A stretch of 64,000 nt of DNA. It comes from Centroscyllium fabricii. Taxonomy: Eukaryota. The notes under the pieces were generated by a model. That model ran no database searches, had not been told where the DNA came from, and saw nothing but the letters and a program-made list of their open reading frames with translations. Where the stretch lies: the NCBI GenBank assembly GCA_051313645.2, contig JBNRSN020000034.1:23994001-24058000 (forward strand). Reading direction: 5' to 3'. Shown in pieces: positions 1 through 12,700 of this stretch; position 1 is the first letter of the stretch, and every line of letters begins with the position of its first letter. A program made the position numbers and the translations under genes.

Positions 1-1049
1 GCTTATTGGCAGGAGGCAGAGGGTGATGGTAGAAGGTTGTTTTTGTGACTGGAAGCCTGTGTCCAGCTGGGTCCCTTGCTGTTTGTAGTCTACCTTAATG
101 ATTTAGATATGAACGTAAAAGGTATGATTAGTAAGTTCGCAGATGGCACGAAAATTGGTGGAGTGGTAAATAGCGAGGAGGGAAGCCTCAGTCTGCAGGA
201 CGATATAGATGGGTTGGTCAGATGGGCAGAACAGTGGCAGATGGAATTTAATCATGAAAAGTGTGAGGTGATGCATTTTGGCAGGACTAACATGGCAAGG
301 GAATACACAATGACTGGTAAGACCCTAAGAAAGACAGAAGATGAGAGGGACCTTGGTATGCATGTACATAGATCCCTGAAGGCTGCAAGACAGGTAGATA
401 AGGTGGTTAAAAAGGCATATGAGATACTTGCCTTCATTAGCCAAGGCATAGAATATAAGAGCAGGGAGGTTATGATGGAGCTGTACAAAACGCTAGTAAG
501 GCCACAGCTGGAATACTGTGTGCTGTTCTGGTTGCCACACTATAGGAAGGATGTGATTGCCTTGGAGAGGATGCAGAGGAGATTCACCAGGATGTTACCT
601 GGGCTGGAGCACTTCAGCTATGAAGAAAGACTGGACAGGCTGGGGTTGTTTTCCTTGGAGCAGAGAAGACTGAGGGGGGACCTGATTGAGGTGTACAAAA
701 TTATGAGGGGCATAGATAAAAAGGAACTTTTTCCCTTAGTAGAGGGGTCAATAACCAGGGGTCATTGCTTCAAGGTAAGGGGCGGGAGGTTTAGGGGGGA
801 TTCGAGGAGGAACTTTTTCACCCAGAGGGTGGTTGGAGTCTGGAACTCGCTGCCTGGAAGGGTGGTAGAGGCAGGAACCCTCACAACATTCAAGAGGCAT
901 TTGGATGAGCACTTGAGATGCCATAACATACAAGGCTACGGACCAAGTGTTGGAAAATGGAATTAGAATAGACAGGGTTTGATGGTCGGCGCGGACACGA
1001 TGGGCCAAAGGGCCTATCTCCGTGCTGTATTACTCTATGACTGTATGAC
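1..1049 (+). mobile_element. CR1-clade (HER1-like) LINE, 3' part with RT C-terminus, 3' UTR and short tail; 5' side runs off the window
   Basis: ORF 76..966 reads ISKFADGTKIGG..WQMEFN..KCEVMHFG..LYKTLVRPQLEYC..LFSLEQRRLRGDLIEVYKIM..FFTQRVVGVWNSLP, typical of CR1 ORF2 (catalytic FADD is FADG here). It is followed by a GGGCCAAAGGGCC hairpin and a CTCTATGACTGTATGA tail. Confidence 0.92.
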
Positions 1050-1059
1050 CATGGAAGCT

Positions 1060-1460
1060 GAGCCAAGGAGGGAGAACTCGATGACTGAAAGTTTGGTCTA
1101 AATGATCAGTTTTGAGAAGGTTGTTAAGGGTAGGGACGGAAGTAGAGAGGGTGGGGGTCGTTGGGGGGAGGAGGGTTAGGGAGGGAGTTCCAGAGAGTGG
1201 GAATGAGACAGCTGAAGATTAGGAAGATTAGGCCATCATCGGTAGGGATGAAGTGAAGAGGGCGGGGGATGTGGCAAAGGACACATTTGGAAAGGCTGAA
1301 TGGGGGAGGGGTGGTGTATGAGCGGCTGTAATGCTGTGTGAGACAGGGCGGGATGAGGCCAATGAGGGTGGTAAAGATGAGGATGGAGATTTTAAATTCA
1401 GTAAGTTGGGGTAAAGGAGCTGGCGTAGGTCAGTGAGGACGCGGTTGGTCAGTGAGTGGA
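1060..1460 (-). mobile_element. Highly decayed L2-type LINE 3' fragment
   Basis: Patchy similarity by eye to the L2 copies at 2533-3075 and 41936-42465 (aaagtttggtc.., agggagggagttccagag, aggtcagtgaggac). Confidence 0.45.
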
Positions 1461-2532
1461 AGAATAATTTAATGTTGCCAAGTATGACATGAAGGCCCAG
1501 TTAATGATTTCAAAAGCTTTCAGTCCCTTCTTTTTGCATATTCTGTTTTTTATTGTTATGTTAGTTAGTCATATCAATGAGAGGAGTCCTCTGACTAGTG
1601 TTAAACCCAATACTTAATAAACGGCTCCAATTACAGTGACTGATGCAGTCACTGACAAGCAGACTTCTTTCTTTTTTGCCAATTGCTTGCCGACTTTTTC
1701 TTCCCTCTTCTCCTACAAGGCTGAACTACGGTTCCGACAGCAGTGGTCTCCCTCCAGTAGGGCGAATTTTTCATGTGTGAGATTAAAGGCCGAGCACTGG
1801 AATTTACCCAGGAAGGACCCCTAACCCTCCTGTCGCAACTTAGGCATAAGGTCAGAGGAAATGCCGCGAATGGAAATTCTACTCCCGAGTATTGGCAGAT
1901 TTATCTGACTCAGGAGAGCATTGTGGCACTGAGCTGCCCTTGCCTGATGTCCACCCTATCCAGCAGGGCCCACTGGAGACCGATCAGGAGCAGGCTGCTT
2001 CTCTCCCTCTCCCCAGGGGCCAGGGGAATGGAGTGCAATTGTAACATGGCGACTGCGACCCTGGCTGAGTTCAGCTAAGTCAACCTCAAAACCTTCGGAT
2101 TCATACGGCTCATCTGCCCAGTCCCTTTACCAACTGAGCCTTTTCCGCACCTTTCATATTGTTATACGTATATAATATATATATGATTACAAATGCAAAA
2201 TCTGAAATTGATCAATTCAAACTCTTCAGCAGCAGTCACTGATAGCTGTTGTGACGGTGTCACCCCAGTTCATACCAGAGCCAGTATGAGTCTGTAGAAC
2301 ACTTCCACTTCCACCTGCTGTTCTTAGCCCATTAAAGAATATTAAAAAACAGCAAATCTATTACGAAACATATAATTTGAGCTGTACGATCTCTGATTTA
2401 GTAGCCTTGTTGCACTGACAGTTATGGTTGAAGCAAAAGAGAGCTGTTTATATATATAAATAACTTAGTTAGACCTGTGAATTGGGTTCCACTTTCCTCA
2501 GGAATCACCTGTTGGAGAGCTGTACATTTTTC

Positions 2533-3075
2533 AAACAACAACAACAACTTATATTTATATAGCGCCTTTAATGTAGTAAAACATCCCAAGGTGCTTCACA
2601 GGAGTATTGAAAGACCAAAAATTTGACACTGATCCACAAATGGAAAAATTGGGGCAGGTGACCAAAAGCTTGGTCAAAGTGGTAGGTTTTAAGGAGCATC
2701 TTAAAGGAGGAAAGAGAGGCAGCGGGGTGGAGAGGATTAGGCAGGGAATTCCAGAACTTAGGGCCTAAGCAACAGAAGGCACCGCCACCAATGGTTGAGC
2801 GATTATAATCAGGGATGCTCAAGAGGGCAGAATTAGAGAAGTGCAGATATCTTGGTGGCGGGGGGGGGGGGGGTGTTGTCGGGCTGAAGGAGATTACAGA
2901 GATAGGGAGGGGCAAGGCCATCGAGCGATTTGAAGACAAGGATGTGAATTTTGAAATCCAGGCGTTGCTTAACCGGGAGCCAGTGTAGGTCAGCAAGCAC
3001 AGAGGTGATGGGTGAACGGGACTTGCTGCAACTTAGGACACGGGGAGCCGGGTTTTGGATGACCTCAAGTTTACA
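2533..3075 (-). mobile_element. L2-clade LINE 3' end
   Basis: Minus ORF 2568..2996 encodes GGAFCCLGPKFWNSLP..SLSSFKMLLKTYHFDQAF (L2 ORF2 C-terminus). The minus-strand terminus is GGCGCTATATAAATATAAG(TTG)n. Confidence 0.85.
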
Positions 3076-3592
3076 TAGTTTTCACAAGGAATAATCTTGG
3101 CATCGCACAAGCGGCTGACCAGCTGATGGTGCAAGTCTCGCCGAAACAGCCCCCTCGCTGTGCCAAGTGGCACCGGCAAGGGCTCCAACTGGCAACCTTA
3201 ATGTATGCTTCAGCAAGCTGAAGAAATGAACGCGCAGTAATTCATCGGAGGGATCTTTCAATCAGCCGGTCCCAGCTGTGCTTCGCGTCGAACTGGCTTG
3301 ACTGAAATGTAATTCAGTGCCTGTTTTCTCAGCTCACTGGGGACCAAGGGTGCGGCAAGGGGGTGGGGGTGGTGGTTGGTGGGGATAGTGTGCGGGGAGG
3401 AGAGATGGAGGGAGTAGGCTTGAAACATACAGGGAGAGATGAGCGAGGAAGGGCAGCGGCAATACGTGCCAAAGGACGAGCTTCAGCCCCCATGTTTGTT
3501 GAGCAAATTAAACACGTTCAGGCTTTTCACCTGCTGAAACAGCAGCGGTGCATATGGCCCACAAGTTAAAAATAAGGAAATATGCATATATT

Positions 3593-3796
3593 NNNNNNNN
3601 NNNNNNNNNNNNNNNNNNNNNNNNNNNNNNNNNNNNNNNNNNNNNNNNNNNNNNNNNNNNNNNNNNNNNNNNNNNNNNNNNNNNNNNNNNNNNNNNNNNN
3701 NNNNNNNNNNNNNNNNNNNNNNNNNNNNNNNNNNNNNNNNNNNNNNNNNNNNNNNNNNNNNNNNNNNNNNNNNNNNNNNNNNNNNNNNNNNNNNNN
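3593..3796. other. Assembly gap (204 N)
   Basis: Run of N. Confidence 1.
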
Positions 3797-6700
3797 GAGA
3801 GCTGACAGTGAATGTGGGGCAGCCCTGTTGTTCAGTAGCACTAAGGAAAAGGCCCCTAAATTATTGATAACAGACGCTGATGAACCTCTGCAGGCATGCA
3901 CTAATCTCCTATACTTTGTCGCTAACAAGTTCACACAAGAAATCCTGACCTTTCTGGGGAGGCGGGTTAATTTGAAACAGGGCAGGGAGGACACAGCACA
4001 GTGCTCCCTGCCACTGATTTCTTGGGAGACTTTACATCACCAGCAAAGCGCTGGGTTCCAGTGGGACTGCAGACAACAATCACTCATCCTGTCCCTCTCT
4101 TCTGAGGGCTGATTCACTCTGCTGTTGGTGTATTGCTTCCAGCTAGGATGTGGTGAGCAAGGCCGGAGGGGTGTAGAGACGACCCTCATCCAGCTCAACA
4201 CCAGCTTGCCTGCCTCCTGCTGGGTAAATTGGAGAACCGCAGGAATGCCGATTCGGCACAGTACAACACTGTGAGTGTGAAGATCAGAGTGTTTATATTG
4301 TACAGTGTGAAGATCAGTCTGTTTATATTGTACAGTGTGAAGATCAGTCTGTTTATATTGTACAGTGTGAAGATCAGTCTGTTTATATTATACAGTGAAG
4401 ATCAGTCTGTTTATATTATACAGTGTGAAGATCAGTCTGTTTATATTGTACAGTGTGAAGATCAGTCTGTTTATATTATACAGTGAAGATCAGTCTGTTT
4501 ATATTGTACAGTGTGAAGATCAGTCTGTTTATATTGTACAGTGTGAAGATCAGTCTGTTTATATTGTACAGTGTGAAGATCAGTCTGTTTATATTATACA
4601 GTGAAGATCAGTCTGTTTATATTGTACAGTGTGAAGATCAGTCTGTTTATATTGTACAGTGTGAAGATCAGTCTGTTTATATTATACAGTGAAGATCAGT
4701 CTGTTTATATTGTACAGTGTGAAGATCGTCTGTTTATATTATACAATGTGAAGATCAGAGTGTTTATATTGTACATTGTGAAGATCAGACTGTTTATATT
4801 GTAGTGTGAAAATCAGCCTGTTTTTATTGTGCCTTCCTTGTGCAGATCAGTCTGTTTATATTGTACAGTGTGAAGATCAGTCTGTTTATATTGTACAGTG
4901 TGAAGATCAGCCTGTATATATTTGACATTGTGAAGATCAGTCTATTAATGTTGTACATTGTGAAGATCAGTCTGTTTATATTGTACATTGTGAAGAGCAA
5001 TCTGTTTATATTATACATTGTGAAGATCAGTCTGTTTATATTGTAAAGTGTGAAGATCAGCCTCTTTATATTGTACATTGTGAAGATAAGTCTGATCATG
5101 TTATACATTGTGATAATCAGTCTGTTTATATTGTACATGGTGAAGGTCAGTATGTTTATATAGTACAATGTGAATATCAGACTGTGTAGATCATACATTG
5201 TGAAGATCATTGTGTTTATATTGTACATAGTGAAGATCAGCCTGTTCATATTGAAGATTGTGTAGATCAGTCTGTTTATGTTATACATTGTGAAGATCAG
5301 TCTTTTTCTATGGTACATGGTGAAGATCAGTCTGTTTATATTGTACATTGTGACAATCAGTCTCTTTATATTGTACATGGTGAATATCAGCCTGTTTATA
5401 TTGTACATACTGAAGAACAGCCTGTTTAGATTGTACATTGTGAAGTTCAGCCTGTTTATATTGTGTTTATATTGTACATAGTGAAGATCAGCCTGCTCAT
5501 ATTGAAGATTGTGTAGATCAGTCTGTTTATGTTATACATTGTGAAGATCAGTCTGTTTCTATGGTACATGGTGAAGATCCGTCTGTTTATATTGTACCTT
5601 GTGATAATTAGTCAGTTAATATTGTACAATGTGAAGATCAGATTTTTTATATTGTATATTTTAAACATCAGTCTCTTTTTATTGTACATTGTGAAGGTCA
5701 GTCTGGTTATATTGTACATTGTGAAGATCAGTCTGTTTATATTGTACATTGTGAAGATCAGTCTGTTTATAATTTTCCTTGTGAAGATCAGTCTGTTTAT
5801 AATGTACATTGTGAAGATCATCCTGTTTATATTGTACAGTGTGAAGATCAGCCTGTTAATATTGTATATTTTGAACACCAGTCTCTTTTTATTGTACCTT
5901 ATGAAGACCAGTCTGTTTATATTGTACATAGTGAAGATCAATCTGTTCATATTGTATATTGTGTAGATCACTCTGTTTATGTCATACATTGTGACGATCA
6001 GTCTGTTTATATTATACATGGTGAAGATCAGTCTGTTTATATTGTACATAGTGAAGATCAATCTGTTCATATTGTATATTGTGTAGATCACTCTGTTTAT
6101 GTCATACATTGTGACGATCAGTCTGTTTATATTATACATGGTGAAGATCAGTCTGTTTATATTGTGCATTGTGGCGATCAGACTGTTTATGTTGTACATG
6201 GTGAAGAATTGTCTGTTTATATTATACATTGTGAAGATCAGTCTGTTTATATTGTGCATTGTGGCGATCAGACTGTTTATGTTGTACATTGTGGCGATCA
6301 GACTGTTTATGTTGTACATTGTGACGATCAGTCTGTTTATATTGTACATTGTGGCGATCAGACTGTTTATGTTGTACATGGTGAAGAATTGTCTGTTTAT
6401 ATTATACATTGTGAAGATCAGTCTGTTTATATTGTGCATTGTGAAGATCAGTCTGATTATATTATACATTGTGAAGATCAGATTGTTTATATTGTATTTA
6501 TTGAACATCAGTCTGTTTATATTGTACATTGTGAAGATCAGTTTGTTTATATTATACACTGTGAAGATCATTCTGTTTATATTGTACATTGTGAAGATCA
6601 GTCAGTTTATATTGTACAGTGTGATGGTCAGACTAATTATACAAGATCAGTCTGTTTATATTGTATATTGTAAAGATCAGTCTGTTTTTATTGTACAGTG

Positions 6701-8133
6701 TGAATATCAGGCGGTTTAATATTGTACATTGTGAAGATAAGTCTGTTTATATTGTACAGTGTGATGGTCAGACTAGTTATATAAGATCAGTCTGTTTATA
6801 TTGTACATTGTGAAGATCAGTCTGTTTACATTGTACATTGTGAAGATCCGTCTGTTTATATTGTACATTTTGAAGATCCGTCTCTTTTTATCGTACATTC
6901 TGAAGATCAGTCTGTTTAGATTGTACATTGTGACGATCAGACTGTTGATGTTATACATTGTGAAGATCAGGCGCTTTATATTGTACAGTGTGATGGTCAG
7001 TCTATTTTTATAAGATCAGTCTGTTTATATTGTTAAGAAAAGTCTGTTTTTATTGTACATGGTGAAGATCAGTCTGGTTATATTGTACATTGAGACGATC
7101 AGCTTTTTTATATTGTACATTGTGAAGATCAGTCTGTTTATATTTGACATTGTGAAGATCAGCCTGTTTATACTGTACATTGTGATGATCAGACTGTTTA
7201 TATTGTACATTGTGACCATCAGACTGTGTATATTGTACATTGTGAAGATCAGTCTGACTACATAGTACATTGGTAAAATCAGATTGTTTATATTGTATAT
7301 TTTGAACATCAGCCTCTTTTTATCGTACATTATGAAGATGAGACTTTTTATATTGTATAATCTGAAGATCAGTCTGTTTATATTGTAGATTGTGACGATC
7401 AGTCTGTTTCTATTGTTCATTGTGAAGATCAGTCTGTTCATATTGTACTAAGTGAAGAACAGTCTTTTTATATTGTACAGTGTGAAGATGGTTCTGTTTA
7501 TATTGTACCTGGTGAACATCAGTCTGTTTATATTGTACATTGTGAAGATGGTTCTGTTTATATTGTACATTGTGAAGATCAGTCTGCTTATATATTAAAT
7601 GTGAAGATCAGTCTGTTTATATTGTACATTGTGAAGATCAGTCTGTTTATATTGTACAGTGTGAAGATCAGTCTGTTTATATTGTACATTGTGAAGATCA
7701 GTCTGTTTATATTGTACATTGTGAAGATCAGTCTGTTTATATTGCAAATTGTGAAGATCAGCCTCTTTATATTATACATTGTGAAGATCAGCCTGGTTAT
7801 GTTGTACATTGTGAAGATCAGTCTGTTTATATTGTACATTGTGAAGATCAGCCTCTTTACATTATACATTATGAAGATCAGCCTGGTTATATTGTACATT
7901 GTGAAGATCAGTCTGTTTATATTGTATATTGTGACCATAAGACTGTTTATATTGTACATGGTGAAAATCAGTCTGATTACTTAGTACATTGTGAAAATCA
8001 GATTGTTTATATTGTATATTTTGAACAGCCTCTTTTTATCGTACATTATGAAGATGAGACTTTTTATATTGTACAATCTGAAGATCAGTCTGTTTATACT
8101 GTACATTGTGAAGATCAGCTTCTTTATATTGTA

Positions 8134-9758
8134 GGAGGAACTCAACAACTTCTACGCTCGCTTCGACAGGGACAACAAGGAGCCAGCCACCAAAGTCCTG
8201 CAATCCCCGGAAGACCAGCCATTAACACTGTCCTGCTCCGACGTTAGAGGTGCTCTACGTAGAGTGAACGCACGGAAGGCCGCGGGTCCTGATGGCATCC
8301 CCGGCCGGGCACTCAAAGAATGTGCCGACCAACTGGCTGAAGTCTTCACTGACATCTTCAACCTGTCACTGGCGAATGCAGCTGGCCCTACGTGCTTCAA
8401 GACCGCCACCATCATCCCTGTGCCCAAGAAAACGGCCGTGACGTGCCTGAACGACTACCGCCCTGTTGCACTTACACCCATTATTATGAAGTGTTTCGAG
8501 CGGCTGGTCCTGGCCCACATCAAAGCCAGCATCCCCGCCGCCCTAGACCAATACCAGTTCGCCTACCGTGGGAACAGATCTACAGAGGATGCTATCACTA
8601 CGGCTCTTCACTCTGCACTAAACCACCTGGATAGCAAAGATACATATATCAGAATGCTGTTTATTGACTACAGCTCAGCATTCAACACCATCGTCCCCAG
8701 CAAATTGTCTACCAAACTCCTCACCCTCGGCCTGAACACCTCCCTCTGCAACTGGACCCTGGACTTCCTAACCAACAGACCACAGTCTGTGAAGTTAGGC
8801 AACCTCACCTCCCCCCCACTTACCCTGAACACGGGGACCCCACAAGGTTGTGTGTGGAGCCCCCTCCTCTACTCCCTCTTCACTCACGACTGTGCGGCTG
8901 TCCATGGCTCCAACACGATCATCAAGTTCGCGGATGACACCACGGTGGTTGGCCAGATCACCAACAACGACGAGTCAGCCTACAGGGATGAGATCCAGCG
9001 CCTTGTGGGTTGGTGTGCCGACAACAACCTGGCACTGAACACCAAGAAAACCAAGGAGATCATAGTGGACATCCGGAGGACTGGAAGCAGAAGACACACC
9101 CCCATCTTCATCCAAGGGGCTGAGGTGGAAAGGGTGTCCAGCTTCAAGTTCCTCGGGGTCCACATCTCGGAAGATCTCTCCTGGTCACTAAACACCTCCT
9201 CTCTGGTTAAGAAGGCCCAACAGCGCCTGTACTTCCTAAGGAAGCTGAAGAAAGCCAGGCTGTCATCCGGCATCTTCTCCAGCTTCTACCGCTGCACAAT
9301 CGAAAGCATACTGACAAGCTGCATCACTGTCTGGTATGGTAATTGCACTATCTCGGACCGGAAAACCCTGCAGCGGGTAGTTAAAACTGCCCAACGAATT
9401 ACCGGTACACAGCTACCGTCAATGGAAAGCATCTACCTCAAACGCTGCTTACGGAGGTCTATGAACATTATTAAAGACCCCACACACCCCAGCCACAGTC
9501 TGTTCGCCCCCCCTGCCCTCCGGGAGATGCTACAGAGCAATTCGCACCCGCACGACTAGATTTCAGAACAGCTTCTTCCCCAGGGCTGTCAGCCTCCTGA
9601 ACTCTAAAAAGAAACTCCGGTACCTGCACGCCTGATAATGTACTTTACTGTATGCAATTTGCATGTAATTTATTTATTTGCACTACTCTCGGGAGAGTCG
9701 AGTCTTCGTCTCGTTGTATTGTACTAGTACTCTGCAATGACAATAAAACTTGAATTGA
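8134..9758 (+). mobile_element. Rex1/Babar-type non-LTR retrotransposon, 5'-truncated (RT domain only)
   Basis: Frame open from 8135 ([66 protein letters not shown]). One +1 frameshift in a poly-C near 9507-9513 before [31 protein letters not shown] plus (TTGAA)n tail. Candidate TSD ATTGTA at 8128-8133 and 9759-9764. Confidence 0.9.
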
Positions 9759-12700
9759 ATTGTACGTTGTGAAGCTCATTCTGTTTATATTGTACATTGT
9801 GAAGATCAATCGGTTTATATTGTACATTGTAAAGATCAGTCTGTTTATATTGTACATTGTGAAGATCATCCTGGTTATATTGCACAGTGTAAAGATCAGC
9901 ATGTTTATGTTGTACATTGTGAAGATCGGAGTGTTTATATTGTACATTGTGAAGATCAGTCTGTCTATACTGTACTTTGTGAAGATCAGTCTGTATCTAT
10001 TGCACACTGTGAAGATCAGTCTGTTTATATTGTACATTGTGACGATCAGAGTTTTTATGTTGTACAGTGTGAAGGTCAGTTGATTTATATCGTACATTGT
10101 GATGATCAGTCTGTTTATAATGTACATTGTGAAGATCAGTCTATTTATATTGTACATTGTGAAGATCAGAATGTTTATATTGTACAGTGTGAAGATCAGC
10201 CTGTTTATATTGTACATTGTGAAGATCAGTCTGTCTATATTGTACTTTGTGAAATCAGTCTGTTTACATTGTACATTGTGATGATCAGTCTGTTTATAAC
10301 GTACTTTGTGAAGATCAGTCTGTTTATAATGTACAGTGAAGATCAGTCTGTTTATATTGCACATTGTGAAGATCAGTCTGTTTATAATGTACATTGTGAA
10401 GATCAGTCTGTTTATATTGTACATTGTGAAGATCAGTCTGTTTATAATGTACATTGTGAAGATCAGTATGTTTATATTGCACAGTGAAGATCAGTCTGTT
10501 TATATTGCACATTGTGAAGATCAGTCTGTTTATATTGTACATTGTGAAAATCAGTCTGTTTATATTGTACATTGTGAAGATCAGTCTGTTTATATTGTAC
10601 ATTGTGAAAATCAGTCTGTTTATAATGTACCCGGCAGCTCATATTGTACATTGTGAAGATCAGAATTAATATTGTTCAGTGTGAAGATCAGAGTTTTTAT
10701 ATTGTACAATGTGAAGATCAGTCTTTTTATATAAAACCTTATGAAGATCAGTCTGTTTACATTGTACATTTTGAAGATCACTCTCATTATATTGTGCATA
10801 ATGAAGATCAGACTGTTTATATTGTACATTGTGAAGATCAGCCTGTTTATGTTGTACAGTGAAGGTCAGTCAGTTTATATTGTGCATTGTGAAGATGAGT
10901 CTGTTTATATTGTACATTGTGAAGATCAGACTGTTTATATTATCCATTGTTAAGGTCAGTCTGTTTATATTGTATGTTGTAAAGTTCAGCCTGTTTACAT
11001 TGCACATCATAACACTCAGATTGTTCATGATGTACATTGTGAAGATCAGCCTGTTTATATTGTACATTGTGAAGATCAGCCTGTTTATGTTGTACAGTGT
11101 GAAGATCAGACTGCTAATATTGTACAGTGTGAAGATCAGTGTGTTTTTATTGTACAGTGAAGATCAGTCTGTTTATATTGTACATTGTGAAGAGCAGAGG
11201 GTTTATATTGTACTTTGTGAAGATCAGACTGTTTATATTATAGATTGTGAAGAGCAGCCTGTTTATATTGTACATCCTGAAGATCAGTCTGTTTATATTA
11301 TACATTATGAAGATCAGTCTGTTTATATTGTACACGGTGAAGATCAGTCAGTTTATATTGTACATCCTGAAGATCAGTCTGTTTATATTATAGATTGTGA
11401 AGATCAGTCTGTTTAAATTATAGATTGTGAAGATCAGTCTGGTTATATTATAGATTGTGAAGATCAGTCTGTTTATATTATAGATTGTGAAGATCAGTCT
11501 GTTTATATTGTACATTATGAAGATCAGACGGTTTATATTGTACACTGGGAAAATCAGTCTGTTTATATTGCACATTGTAAAGATCGGTCTGTTTATATTG
11601 TACATTTTGAAAATCAGTCTGTTTATATTGTACATTGTTAAGATCAGTCTGTTTATATTGTACATTTTGAAGATAAGCCTGTTTATATTTTACAGTGTGA
11701 AGATCAGCCCGGTTATATTGTAGTGTGAATATAAGCATGTTCATATTGTACATTGTGAAAATCAGTCTATTTATATTGTACATTGTGAAAATCAGTCTGT
11801 TTATATTGTACATTGTGAAGATCAGTCTGTTTATATTGTACATTGTGAAGATCAGTCTGTTTTTATGGTACATTGTGAAGATCAGTCTGTATCTATTGTA
11901 CATTGTGAAGATCCGTTTGTTTGCTTTGTACAGCGTGACGATCAGATTGCTCATATTGTACATTGTGAAGATCAGACTGTTAATATTGTTCAGTGTGAAG
12001 ATCAGAGTTTTTATATTGTACAATGTGAAGATCAGTCTTTTTATATAAAACCTTATGAGGATCAGCCTGTATATATTGTACATTGTGAAGATGAGTCTGT
12101 TTATATTGTACATTGTGAAGATGAGTCTGTTTATATTGTACATTGTGAAGATCAGCCTGTTTATATTGTACATTGTGAAGATCAGTCTTTCTATATTGTC
12201 CATTGTTAAGGTCAGTCTGTTTATATTGTATGTTGTAAAGTTCAGTCTGTTTACATTGCACATCATGACGCTCAGAGTGTTCATGATGTACATTGTGAAG
12301 ATCAGCCTGTTTATATTGTACATTGTGAAGAACAGCCTGTTTATATTGTACATTGTGAAGATCAGCCTGTTAATATTGTACATTGTGAAGATCAGCCTGT
12401 TTATATTGTACATTGTGAAGATCAGTCTGTTTATATTGTACATTGTGAAGATCAGTCTGTTTATATTGCACATTTTAAAGATCGGTCTGTTTATATTGTA
12501 CATTTTGAAGATCAGCCTGTTTATATTTTACATTGTGAAGATCAGCCCAGTTATATTGTACAGTGTGAATATATGCATGTTTATATTGTACATTGTGAAA
12601 ATCAGTCTATTTATATTGTACAGTGTGAAGATCAGTCTGTTTATATTGTACATTGTGAAGATCAGTCTGTTTATATTGTACATTGTGAAGATCAGTCTGT

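Noticed and set aside
3548-4112. ORFs spanning 3548-4112
   Set aside because: Artefacts of translating through the N gap; the flanking peptides have no recognisable motif.
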